The notes: generated by a model from the letters alone, not told the origin. Positions 39,973 through 48,388 are shown, counted from the first letter of the stretch. The stretch is 48,861 nucleotides of DNA from Marine Group I thaumarchaeote (GCA_044358425.1 CP054849.1:1263080-1311940); one strand, 5' to 3'. Made by a program: numbers and translations.

Positions 39973-41037
39973 ATGAGGAAAAAGGAGGATCGCATGCAAT
40001 CTCACACAATGGAATTACCCAGATTAATAGAGATCGGGGAGAAAAATATCGAAGACTTTGGAAAATTCCTATATTCATTAAATAAGCCAAAAAAAGTTTC
40101 ATTGATTAGTGGAACAAATGTTCAAAATGTTTTAAAATCTAAAATAGAAAAATCACTAAAAATTAAAAAAATTCAATATATTTGGCATACATCAATTGAC
40201 AATCAAATAAAATCAATTGATAAAATTCAAAAATCTGTTAAAAAAGATAATTCAGATTTAATTGTAGGAATTGGAGGAGGTCGTTCCGTAGATACTGCAA
40301 AACTAATTTCATATAATTTATCCATACCATTTGTTAGTTTACCAACTGCTGCATCACATGATGGAATGGCAAGTCCTTTTGTTTCTGTAAAAAGTGACAA
40401 ACCTCATTCTATTGTAGCATCAGCTCCATTAGGAGTTTTTGTGGATATAGATGTAATTAAAAAAGCTCCATCAAAATTATTGGCTAGCGGTTGTGGAGAT
40501 CTTATTGCAAATATTATAGCTGTAAAAGATTGGCAATTAGGTCATAAAAAGAAAAAAGAATACTATGGAAGATATGCTGCAGATTTAGCTATGATGAGTG
40601 CAAAAATTGTTATGGAAAATTCTTCAGAATTTTCACGTAAAGGAACAGACCCTCGAGTAATTGTTGAGGGATTAATTAGTGCAGGAGTTGCATCATGTAT
40701 TGCTGGAAGTAGTAGGCCATGTTCTGGTGCAGAGCACTTATTTTCACATGCACTTGATAAAATTGCTCCAGGAATTGGACTTCATGGAGAAAAATGTGGG
40801 ATTGGATCTATAATGATGGCAAAATTACAAGGGCAAGATTGGAAAAAAATTACTAAGACATTAAAAGATGTAGGTGCACCAACAACTGCAAAACAAATTG
40901 GAATTGGACCAGATAAAATTATTGAAGCTTTGATAATGGCACAAGGATTAAGACCCCAACGTTATACGATTTTAAAAGAAAAAATTATGACTAAAAAAAC
41001 AGCATTGAATCTGGCAAAATCAACTAAAGTAATTTAA
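39973..41037 (+). CDS. egsA: sn-glycerol-1-phosphate dehydrogenase
   Basis: GGGRSVDTAK, PTAASHDG, SRPCSGAEHLFSHALD and LHGEKCG. Confidence 0.95.
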   Translation: MRKKEDRMQSHTMELPRLIEIGEKNIEDFGKFLYSLNKPKKVSLISGTNVQNVLKSKIEKSLKIKKIQYIWHTSIDNQIKSIDKIQKSVKKDNSDLIVGIGGGRSVDTAKLISYNLSIPFVSLPTAASHDGMASPFVSVKSDKPHSIVASAPLGVFVDIDVIKKAPSKLLASGCGDLIANIIAVKDWQLGHKKKKEYYGRYAADLAMMSAKIVMENSSEFSRKGTDPRVIVEGLISAGVASCIAGSSRPCSGAEHLFSHALDKIAPGIGLHGEKCGIGSIMMAKLQGQDWKKITKTLKDVGAPTTAKQIGIGPDKIIEALIMAQGLRPQRYTILKEKIMTKKTALNLAKSTKVI

Positions 41038-41038
41038 T

Positions 41039-41770
41039 TTAAGCAGTTTTTTCTTTTGCTTCAGGTTTTTTTGTAGGAGTTTGTTTGTTGACATGAGTTT
41101 CAACAAAACTAATTTTTTCTAAAGTATTAACAAACTTGAAAATATCCATTTGGATGAAATGTTTCATTATTTGTAAACCGTCTGCTCGTAAAATATCCTC
41201 AGGAATTGTAATACTAGCTTCTTTATCTTTCAAATCAAAAGCAATTTTACTATCTTCAACTGGAAGTCGTTCTTTTAGAATTGCATCAACTTTATCATTT
41301 GGTGTGTCTAAAGCTTTGAGTACATTGACATCATAAAGAATTGTTTTTCCTGCATATCTATGATTATAATCAATTTGTACTCTGCCTGAACCAATAAAAC
41401 GAATAATTCCTCTTTTATTATCAACTTCAATTGTATCACCAACTGAAACCTTTTCTGCATCTTCACCCAATTTTCTTAGTGGAATCATTCTAACTTTAGT
41501 AGAATCTCTTGCACCAAAACCTTTGTCTGGTGTAACTTCAATTGTGAGTTTGTCTCCAACTGATGTTTTTGCTAATGCTTCATCAAATCCTTTTAAAACA
41601 GGATAAGATGTTTCGCCTATTGAAACTAATTTAGGATGATATTTTGCATTTTCTTCATGAAGTGAATACTTTTTTGCATCTGCTTCAAGAGTGGTATCAA
41701 ATACCTCATCATCATCTTTTACTTTTGCAGTATAATCAACTAGAATTAATGAGCCTTTATCAAAAGTCAA
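41039..41770 (-). CDS. Long-type archaeal FKBP peptidyl-prolyl isomerase (SlyD-like)
   Basis: VDYT..VFDTT, PDKGFGARD, DYNHRYAGKTILYDV, and a C-terminal extension. Confidence 0.92.
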   Translation of the reverse strand: MTFDKGSLILVDYTAKVKDDDEVFDTTLEADAKKYSLHEENAKYHPKLVSIGETSYPVLKGFDEALAKTSVGDKLTIEVTPDKGFGARDSTKVRMIPLRKLGEDAEKVSVGDTIEVDNKRGIIRFIGSGRVQIDYNHRYAGKTILYDVNVLKALDTPNDKVDAILKERLPVEDSKIAFDLKDKEASITIPEDILRADGLQIMKHFIQMDIFKFVNTLEKISFVETHVNKQTPTKKPEAKEKTA

Positions 41771-41816
41771 TGTGATCGTTTTCGAATTTCCTTATATTAG
41801 TTAAACGTTCTAAATC

Positions 41817-42974
41817 TTAAGAAGGATTTGGAAGTGCCTTTAATTTGTCTTCAGCGATCTTTAGTCCTGCTTGTGAATCAGTTTCGTAACCCATCATAGA
41901 TAATGTGGAAGAGATTCCTGAAATACATCTCATAACATGAGATGCGTTTACTTCACCCATACATCCTACTCTGAAGACTTTGCCCTTTAGATTACCGAAT
42001 CCACCAGCAACTAAAATTCTGAATTTTTTAGCCAATGTATCACGGAATATTTTATCTTCTAGTCCATCTAGATAGTTTAATGCAATAACTACTGTTGAAC
42101 GTGAGTCTTCTTTTGCAAATGGAGTCAATCCAATTGCAGATAATCCAGAATATAGAGCATCAGAACAAATTTTGTGACGTTGAATTCTTTCTTCAATTCC
42201 TTCTTCGAGCATTATTCTCATTGCTTCTCTATATGCATAAAGAACTGGTAGAGCAGGAGTGAATGGTGTGTGTTTAGCTTCATCATAATATTTGAAATAT
42301 CTTGGTAAATTGAAATACATTGTACTAGGTGGGTTTGCTTCCATGTATTTTCTAGTTCTTGGATTAATACAAATTGGAGAAATTCCTGGTGGGCATGCAA
42401 ATGTTTTTTGTGCACCTGTCATTGCAATATCAATACCCCATTTGTCCATGTGAAGTTCTTCGCCACCGACAATGGAAACTCCATCTAAAACATAGTATGA
42501 ATCATTTCTGGAAGTAAGATCCTTTATTCTATCAAGATAATTAATCATTGTTCCAGTGGATGTTTCATTCCAAACACAATAGAATGCTTTAACATCTTTG
42601 TTGTTATCAAATGCTTCTTTAACTTGATCATATGTAGGATTAACACCTGGTTCAGTTTCAATTCTAATTGTTTGTCCACCAGCCCATTCAATTTGTTGTG
42701 CTAAACGAGTACTAAATTCTCCATTTACTGGTATGATTACTTTATCATCTTTTTTAACTAAATTAACAACAGAACATTCTACAGCACCTGTACCTGATGC
42801 AGATAAACAAACAGCATCGCCTTGAGTATCAAAGATTTTTTTTGTATTATTTACACATTCTTCATAGAGTGTAACAAAATCGTCACTACGGTGATTAATA
42901 GAAGGTTCAATCATTGCTCGAGTAACACGTTCAGGTACATTTGTTGGACCAGGTAACATTACTAAATATTCCAA
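41817..42974 (-). CDS. Class V PLP aminotransferase (alanine/serine-glyoxylate type)
   Basis: MLPGPT, SGTGAVE, NETSTG, GAQK (PLP lysine) and FRVGCMG. Confidence 0.92.
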   Translation of the reverse strand: MEYLVMLPGPTNVPERVTRAMIEPSINHRSDDFVTLYEECVNNTKKIFDTQGDAVCLSASGTGAVECSVVNLVKKDDKVIIPVNGEFSTRLAQQIEWAGGQTIRIETEPGVNPTYDQVKEAFDNNKDVKAFYCVWNETSTGTMINYLDRIKDLTSRNDSYYVLDGVSIVGGEELHMDKWGIDIAMTGAQKTFACPPGISPICINPRTRKYMEANPPSTMYFNLPRYFKYYDEAKHTPFTPALPVLYAYREAMRIMLEEGIEERIQRHKICSDALYSGLSAIGLTPFAKEDSRSTVVIALNYLDGLEDKIFRDTLAKKFRILVAGGFGNLKGKVFRVGCMGEVNASHVMRCISGISSTLSMMGYETDSQAGLKIAEDKLKALPNPS

Positions 42975-43013
42975 AATATCTTCAAAATGAGTTAGGCTCA
43001 GGCTTATTTATAA

Positions 43014-43508
43014 TTAAAGAATTTTTAGTCTATTTTTTGCATCCAAATTTTCTAAAATAAGTTTGGTTCCTTCAGGAACTAGATCATTCCATTTTTGATC
43101 GCTTTTAATCAAATCTCTTAATCGAGTTCCAGATAATTGATCTCTTTTTAAAAATGGAATAGCAATTACCTGAACATTTCTTTTTGAATATAGATGTTCA
43201 GTCATAGGATCGTTTGAAAAAATTATTTCATAATCAGGAACTATTGTATCAATATTTTGAATCCACTTTACATGATTATCTAAATCTGGGATTGGAAAAA
43301 TAGAAATTTTATTTTGAATTGAATCGTCAATTGAAGATAAAATCATTTTTTTTCTTTCTTCAATAGAAAATGGATTATTTTTTTCAATAGGTTTGTTTGA
43401 GCTGCCCAATCCTAACCAAAGTTTATCAACTTTTGGTATTGCAAATTGTAATGCTGCAAGATGACCTAGATGAAATGGTTGAAATCTACCTATGAGTAAA
43501 CCATTCAT
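43014..43508 (-). CDS. nadM: Nicotinamide-nucleotide adenylyltransferase
   Basis: GRFQPFHLGH, NPFS..ER and SGTRLR. Confidence 0.93.
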   Translation of the reverse strand: MNGLLIGRFQPFHLGHLAALQFAIPKVDKLWLGLGSSNKPIEKNNPFSIEERKKMILSSIDDSIQNKISIFPIPDLDNHVKWIQNIDTIVPDYEIIFSNDPMTEHLYSKRNVQVIAIPFLKRDQLSGTRLRDLIKSDQKWNDLVPEGTKLILENLDAKNRLKIL

Positions 43509-43569
43509 AGAAAATATAGGAAATCACTTTTTAAAAAACTATCATAAAGAGTATAAATTAATAAAAAAT

Positions 43570-44595
43570 ATGAATTTTTTAAAAATTAATGGGGCACATG
43601 GAGAAGGGGGTGGACAAATTGTACGTTCAGCTATTACATTATCATGTATTACAAATCAACCAATTCATTTAGAAAATATTAGAAAAAATAGAAAAAATGA
43701 AGGATTAAAACCTCAACATCTTACAGCAATTAAAATTTTACAAAAAATTTCAAATGCAAAAGTAATTGGTGATAAACTTGGATCAACTGAATTAAAATTT
43801 ATTCCAGGAGAAATAAAAAATTTAGAATTAATTGAAGATGTAAAAACAGCTGGAAGTATTTCTTTAATTTTGCAAGTTTTAATTCCTGCAGTATCAATTT
43901 CACAAAAGAAACTAAGTTTGATAATTAAAGGAGGTACTGACGTTATGTGGAGTCCAACAATGAATTATACAAATTGTGTACTAAAAGAGGCATATTCTAG
44001 AATGGGTATAAGATTTGAAATTCAAATAACAAAAAGAGGATATTTTCCAAAGGGTCAAGGAGAAATAAAATTAGACGTATACCCATCAGAAATAAAATCA
44101 ATAAAATTATCTAAAAGAAAAAAACAAAAATTCCAATTGAAATGTTCATTTTCAAAAATTCCAATACAAATAATTGAAAAAAAAATTGAACAAATTAGAG
44201 AAGAAATTCAGAAACATGATTTTGAAATTGAGATTGAAATAAAAGAAGAAGAAGCAAGTGATTCTGGATCTTCAGTATTAATTTACAGTGTTGAAGAAAA
44301 TTCAATTATTGGAATAGATGGACTATTTAATAAAAAAACACAAAATTTTGATTTGAATATGAAAGAGATTTTTGATAATTCATTTGGAATAGATAAAAAC
44401 ATGGCTGACATGTTAGTAGTACCTGCAAGTTTAGGTTCAGGTAAAACAAAATTTGAAGTTCACAATATTACAAAACATTTAGAAACAAATCTGTTTGTGA
44501 CATCAAAAATTACCGGATGTAAATATGGAATTGGAAAGATATCAGAAGGTTATGAAATAATAATAGAAGGAATATCAAACACCAGCATCAAGTAA
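43570..44595 (+). CDS. rtcA: RNA 3'-terminal phosphate cyclase
   Basis: GEGGGQIVRSA, GLKPQHL, GGTDV, RGYFPKG and catalytic His in TKHLETN; ATG 43570 preferred. Confidence 0.92.
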   Translation: MNFLKINGAHGEGGGQIVRSAITLSCITNQPIHLENIRKNRKNEGLKPQHLTAIKILQKISNAKVIGDKLGSTELKFIPGEIKNLELIEDVKTAGSISLILQVLIPAVSISQKKLSLIIKGGTDVMWSPTMNYTNCVLKEAYSRMGIRFEIQITKRGYFPKGQGEIKLDVYPSEIKSIKLSKRKKQKFQLKCSFSKIPIQIIEKKIEQIREEIQKHDFEIEIEIKEEEASDSGSSVLIYSVEENSIIGIDGLFNKKTQNFDLNMKEIFDNSFGIDKNMADMLVVPASLGSGKTKFEVHNITKHLETNLFVTSKITGCKYGIGKISEGYEIIIEGISNTSIK

Positions 44596-45072
44596 AGATG
44601 CTAAAAATAGAATTGCAAGTGAAACAACAACTGTAATTTCACCAAGAATGATTATCTTTTTTCGTAATTTTTGAATTTCAGGCTCAGACATTTGGTTTGA
44701 CATAATTTTTTCCTCCACATCTTTACGAATCACTCTAACATGTATCGCATATGTTATGATTAAAATAACTACAAGAACCATCTTTATGATTAAAAATTGT
44801 CCATAGCTTGTTTCAAAAAGAATAGTTGACTTACCTAAAATTAAATGAGAATTATACATACCAGTTGCTATTAAAATTATTAGGGCAGGTACAGCAATTT
44901 TGTTAAATCTTTTTCCAACTCTAATCATTATTTGCATTCTTTCTTGTACAGAGTTAGTCATAGTTTTTAGAAGTGGAGAAAATACAATTCCGATAAAAAG
45001 TGAACCGCCAACCCAAATTGTAGCAGAAACAAGATGAATCCAAGTAATAATTGCTTGTTCTATTGCAGCCAT
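44575..45072 (-). CDS. CopD-family (copper resistance D) membrane protein
   Basis: WIHLVSATIWVGG, TSYGQFLIIK and AIH; four TM helices. Confidence 0.8.
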   Translation of the reverse strand: MAAIEQAIITWIHLVSATIWVGGSLFIGIVFSPLLKTMTNSVQERMQIMIRVGKRFNKIAVPALIILIATGMYNSHLILGKSTILFETSYGQFLIIKMVLVVILIITYAIHVRVIRKDVEEKIMSNQMSEPEIQKLRKKIIILGEITVVVSLAILFLASLLDAGV

Positions 45073-45153
45073 AATTATTCAGATATTGCATCAAATATTA
45101 TGTATTTGGATCTTGACAACGTTTTTTACTTGTAGATTAAAAATCATATCAAA

Positions 45154-45642
45154 TTGGCACTACAAAGTAGATTAACAGTATATGCAGCAATAGCTGGAGT
45201 TTTAGCTTTAATGGGAGGAATTGTGTATTATGCTAGTTTAGATAATGTATCACTTGATCAAGTTGAAGTTGAATTAACAGATGTTACATTAAGAGAAGCT
45301 GGAGAAGATGAAGCAAAATTTGTTTTAACATTTCTTGTGAAAAATCTTAGTGAAAAAATATACGTAGTTCCAGTAATTGCATACGAACTGTATGATGATG
45401 ATGTCTTATTAGGTTCTGGAAAATATTCTACAGAGGATGTAGCATTACCTGGTAGAGCACAAATTTTTGCTGGCGGTGAAGTTCCTCTGAAAAATACATT
45501 CATTTTAAAAAAATCTGAAGTTGGTTCAGAAATTTATCAATCTATGATAAATGGAGAAATAACAAACTTTGTTGTTGAAGGAATCATTACTACTCAAAGT
45601 ACTTGGAGTGTAGCAGAAAATGAATTCAGATCTGAAAAATAA
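45154..45642 (+). CDS. Membrane-anchored LEA_2/WHy-like protein
   Basis: N-terminal TM helix followed by a beta-rich domain resembling the product of 16364-16939 (VEVELTDV, FLVKN, YELY). Confidence 0.6.
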   Translation: MALQSRLTVYAAIAGVLALMGGIVYYASLDNVSLDQVEVELTDVTLREAGEDEAKFVLTFLVKNLSEKIYVVPVIAYELYDDDVLLGSGKYSTEDVALPGRAQIFAGGEVPLKNTFILKKSEVGSEIYQSMINGEITNFVVEGIITTQSTWSVAENEFRSEK

Positions 45643-45648
45643 ATAAAG

Positions 45649-45723
45649 TGGGCCGGGAGAGATTTGAACTCTCGATCGCTGCCATGTCGAGGCAGCATCA
45701 TAACCAAACTAGACCACCGGCCC
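45649..45723 (-). tRNA. tRNA-Val(GAC)
   Basis: Acceptor GGGCCGG/CCGGCCC with discriminator A; anticodon arm CTGCC-TCGACAT-GGCAG; T arm GAGAG-TTCAAAT-CTCTC; CCA not encoded. Confidence 0.93.
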
Positions 45724-45796
45724 TTTGAAGTTAAAATCTATGTTCAGACATTATTAACGTTTAAGAAAAGAAAGGCTGAATAAAAAGAGATAATGA

Positions 45797-46510
45797 GTGA
45801 TAGTGTTGGAAGATAGTTTTACTGATGAGGAAAAGAGGGGGTTCTATAAGGCGATTTATTCCAGAAGGGATGTTAGATCACATTTCATTTCAAAACCTAT
45901 TGAAGAGAAAAAACTATCAAAAATTCTTCATGCAGCACATCATGCACCATCAGTAGGATTTTCTCAACCATGGAATTTTATTTTAATTAAAGATCAAGCA
46001 ACAAAAAAGAAAATTAAAGAATCATTTGATGAAGAAAAAAGGCGGTCATCACAGGTGGTAGATGAACCTAAAAAATCTAAATATCTATCATTTAAGCTAG
46101 AAGGAATTTTAGAATCTCCTGTTAATCTTTGTGTAACATATGATCCTACAAAATTTGGTCCATTTGTAATTGGAAGATCTAGTATTCCTGAAGCTGGACT
46201 GTACAGTGTGTGTTGCGCAATTCAAAATTTATGGTTGTCTGCAAGAACTGAAGGGGTAGGATTAGGATGGGTAAGTATTTTATCAAATGAAATATTGAAA
46301 GAAACTCTCCAATTGCCAGAACACGTTGTTCCAGTGGCATACTTGTGTTTAGGTTATGTAAATGAATTTGCAGATAAACCTGATCTTGAAACTGCAAAGT
46401 GGTTACCAAGATTAGATCTAAAAGATGTTGTATATTATGAAAAATGGGAAGATAAAGAAAATTCAGATTGGAAAGAAATTCAAGATTTAATTCAAACTAA
46501 TCTTGATTAG
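45797..46510 (+). CDS. bluB: 5,6-dimethylbenzimidazole synthase (nitroreductase fold)
   Basis: RRDVR, AHHAPSVGFSQPW, KLEGILE, YSVCCAIQNLWLSARTEGVGLGWVS. Confidence 0.92.
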   Translation: MIVLEDSFTDEEKRGFYKAIYSRRDVRSHFISKPIEEKKLSKILHAAHHAPSVGFSQPWNFILIKDQATKKKIKESFDEEKRRSSQVVDEPKKSKYLSFKLEGILESPVNLCVTYDPTKFGPFVIGRSSIPEAGLYSVCCAIQNLWLSARTEGVGLGWVSILSNEILKETLQLPEHVVPVAYLCLGYVNEFADKPDLETAKWLPRLDLKDVVYYEKWEDKENSDWKEIQDLIQTNLD

Positions 46511-46512
46511 GC

Positions 46513-46520
46513 TTAAATAA
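46513..46520 (+). promoter_or_regulatory. TATA box of tRNA-Arg
   Basis: TTAAATAA 21-28 nt upstream of the mature tRNA 5' end. Confidence 0.5.
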
Positions 46521-46540
46521 TTTAGAAGATTTTTTCTGCT

Positions 46541-46634
46541 GGGCTTGTAGCGCAGAGTCAAATTTGACGCGCAACATGGATAGCGCAGTAGCCTCCTAAG
46601 TTACAGGTCGAGGGATCGAAGCCCTCCAAGCCCG
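46541..46634 (+). tRNA. tRNA-Arg(CCT) with a 19-nt D-loop intron (46556-46574)
   Basis: Acceptor GGGCTTG/CAAGCCC with discriminator G; D stem GCGC/GCGC; anticodon arm GTAGC-CTCCTAA-GTTAC; T arm GAGGG-ATCGAAG-CCCTC; BHB-like insert in the D loop. Confidence 0.92.
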
Positions 46635-46685
46635 CTTAATTTTAAAAATTGCAGGGATTAAATACAAAGAATAATAGAAAAAATT

Positions 46686-47213
46686 ATGAAAATTGTAGTT
46701 ATTTCAGCTAGTCCAAGAAAAACTGCAAATACGCAAATAATTATGAAGTATGTTAACGAGTATACAAAATCAAAAAATCCAGAGACAAAATTCATCAACC
46801 TTTCAGATGGAGAAATTGAATGTTATAGAGGATTTGATGTAGAGTATAATGAAGCAACCAAAAATGCTGCCAAAGACATAATGGAGGCAGATGTATGGCT
46901 GATTGGTTCACCTATTTACAACTCATTTTTTAGTTCTGCATTAAAAAATCTCTTCGAATATGTTGATTATAAAAAAACAGAAGGTAAAGTTGCAGGAATG
47001 GCAATTTTAGCTGCTGGAAATATTGGTTTTGTTGATGTTCAAACAGTAATTACACAATTGTTATCATACTTTAGAGTAATTACAAATCCAAAAGCAGTTT
47101 ATTTAACAACTGAAATATTTACAGATAATCAAATTTCAGATGAAGATGCAAAAAATAGACTAAAAGAAATGGTGGATGAAACATTACAACTTGCATCTAA
47201 ATTAAAAAAATAA
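46686..47213 (+). CDS. NAD(P)H-dependent FMN reductase (flavodoxin-like)
   Basis: ISASPRKTANT and GSPIYNSFFSSALKNLFE. Confidence 0.9.
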   Translation: MKIVVISASPRKTANTQIIMKYVNEYTKSKNPETKFINLSDGEIECYRGFDVEYNEATKNAAKDIMEADVWLIGSPIYNSFFSSALKNLFEYVDYKKTEGKVAGMAILAAGNIGFVDVQTVITQLLSYFRVITNPKAVYLTTEIFTDNQISDEDAKNRLKEMVDETLQLASKLKK

Positions 47214-47237
47214 TAAAAAAACTAGATAAATTTTAAT

Positions 47238-47245
47238 TTTATAAA
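47238..47245 (+). promoter_or_regulatory. TATA box (TTTATAAA) for the Cys-rich microprotein
   Basis: Consensus archaeal TATA box ending 25 nt upstream of ATG 47271. Confidence 0.6.
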
Positions 47246-47270
47246 AGTCAAATACTATTCGTGTTGTCTA

Positions 47271-47396
47271 ATGATATTGAGTTTAAAAAAAGATCCAACA
47301 GAATTGTGCTCTTGTAAATGTCATTATGGCGGAGCAATAAGTTGTCCTGGGTGTAAAAAAAATCACGGTACAGTCACTTGTCACTGTAAAGATTGA
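47271..47396 (+). CDS. 41-aa Cys/His-rich metallothionein-like microprotein (absent from the ORF track)
   Basis: MILSLKKDPTELCSCKCHYGGAISCPGCKKNHGTVTCHCKD*. 7 Cys + 3 His; own TATA box; stop lies 2 nt from the convergent gene's stop. Confidence 0.75.
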   Translation: MILSLKKDPTELCSCKCHYGGAISCPGCKKNHGTVTCHCKD

Positions 47397-47398
47397 AA

Positions 47399-47866
47399 TT
47401 ATTTTCTTTTTGATGATAAGGCTTTAAGATTAGCTAGTTCTGCTTTTAATGATTCAATTTGTACAAGAGTTTTGAGATTAGAAATTTCTTGGTTTAGTCT
47501 TTCAATTTCATCATCTTTTAGTTCTACTGATGATTTTAAGCCATTTAGTTCTGTAGATAGTTCATCTTGAATTTGTTTGATATCATTAAGATTAACTTGT
47601 TTTGGAGTTTCAACTTGAACAGTTTGTGAATTATTCAAGCTTTTTTTTTGATGAACGACATATTCATGACCATGATGATGGGCATAATCGGCACTCTTTT
47701 GAGATAGCCAACAAGTGAAGACCATAAACCATGTGATTGGGACTGTCATGATAAAGATGAAATTTAGAATTGGTGCATAATCATAGAATGCTGGCCAAAG
47801 TCCAGTAAAAACAGCGGCTGTTGCCCCAGTAATGATGGTTGCCATATGATTTTTCCAATATCCCAT
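47399..47866 (-). CDS. Two-TM membrane protein with His-rich linker and C-terminal coiled coil
   Basis: Two hydrophobic helices, AHHHGHEYVVH, and a heptad-rich C-terminus. Confidence 0.75.
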   Translation of the reverse strand: MGYWKNHMATIITGATAAVFTGLWPAFYDYAPILNFIFIMTVPITWFMVFTCWLSQKSADYAHHHGHEYVVHQKKSLNNSQTVQVETPKQVNLNDIKQIQDELSTELNGLKSSVELKDDEIERLNQEISNLKTLVQIESLKAELANLKALSSKRK

Positions 47867-47943
47867 GATTTATTGCAAAAATTCATTCTTTATAATAGTA
47901 ATGCTAGTTTTTATAAAATAAAAGAATAAAATAGAAAGGAGAA

Positions 47944-48174
47944 TTATTCTGCTTCTTCAGGAGTACTTGATACTTTAGGCATATCAGATTGTAAGATTTG
48001 GATCTTTTGTAATAATTCGGTTCTTAGATCTCTTGCAACCCTTCGTACTGTAGGTCTTGGGACACCAAGTTCATCAACTACTTTTGTATAGATGTCTTGT
48101 TTGTCAGTAACCCCCTTATCCAAATAGGAATTAATTGCTTCTTTAATTATCGTGCTTTGGTTTGTACGACTCAA
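47944..48174 (-). CDS. Small hypothetical protein, possible HTH
   Basis: KQDIYTKVVDELGVPRPTVRRVARDL resembles a helix-turn-helix. Confidence 0.7.
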   Translation of the reverse strand: MSRTNQSTIIKEAINSYLDKGVTDKQDIYTKVVDELGVPRPTVRRVARDLRTELLQKIQILQSDMPKVSSTPEEAE

Positions 48175-48388
48175 TAGATCATATTTCTAATCGATCTATA
48201 TAACACTATAACTTGAAAAATTCTAAAAAAAGATATTAAAAACTATTTGAGTAAAACTAAATCTTAATTTCTTAACTAACAAATGCAAAAAAAAATTGTA
48301 ATTTTTTTAAAAAAATCTAACAAAGTATAGAAAATCTTCAGATGATTTATCAAAAAGACTTTTATGATAATTTAATCTCCAAAACTTT

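Noticed and set aside
43570-44595. Inactive Rcl1-like RtcA (DKNMAD lacks His)
   Set aside because: The adenylated His corresponds to the HLxTN motif, which is intact (TKHLETN).
45684-45690. Reading the minus-strand tRNA as Ser(CGA) or Arg(TCG)
   Set aside because: The 5-bp stem centres GAC in a 7-nt loop, there is no long variable arm, and the discriminator is A.
45649-46634. Integrated element or genomic island at the tRNA genes
   Set aside because: No integrase, no duplicated tRNA 3' end (att site) and no compositional break; flanking genes are housekeeping.
48175-48388. Very AT-rich 214-bp spacer as an origin, repeat or small gene
   Set aside because: No ORB-like G-string motifs, no ordered repeats and only a 16-codon ORF; consistent with divergent promoters.
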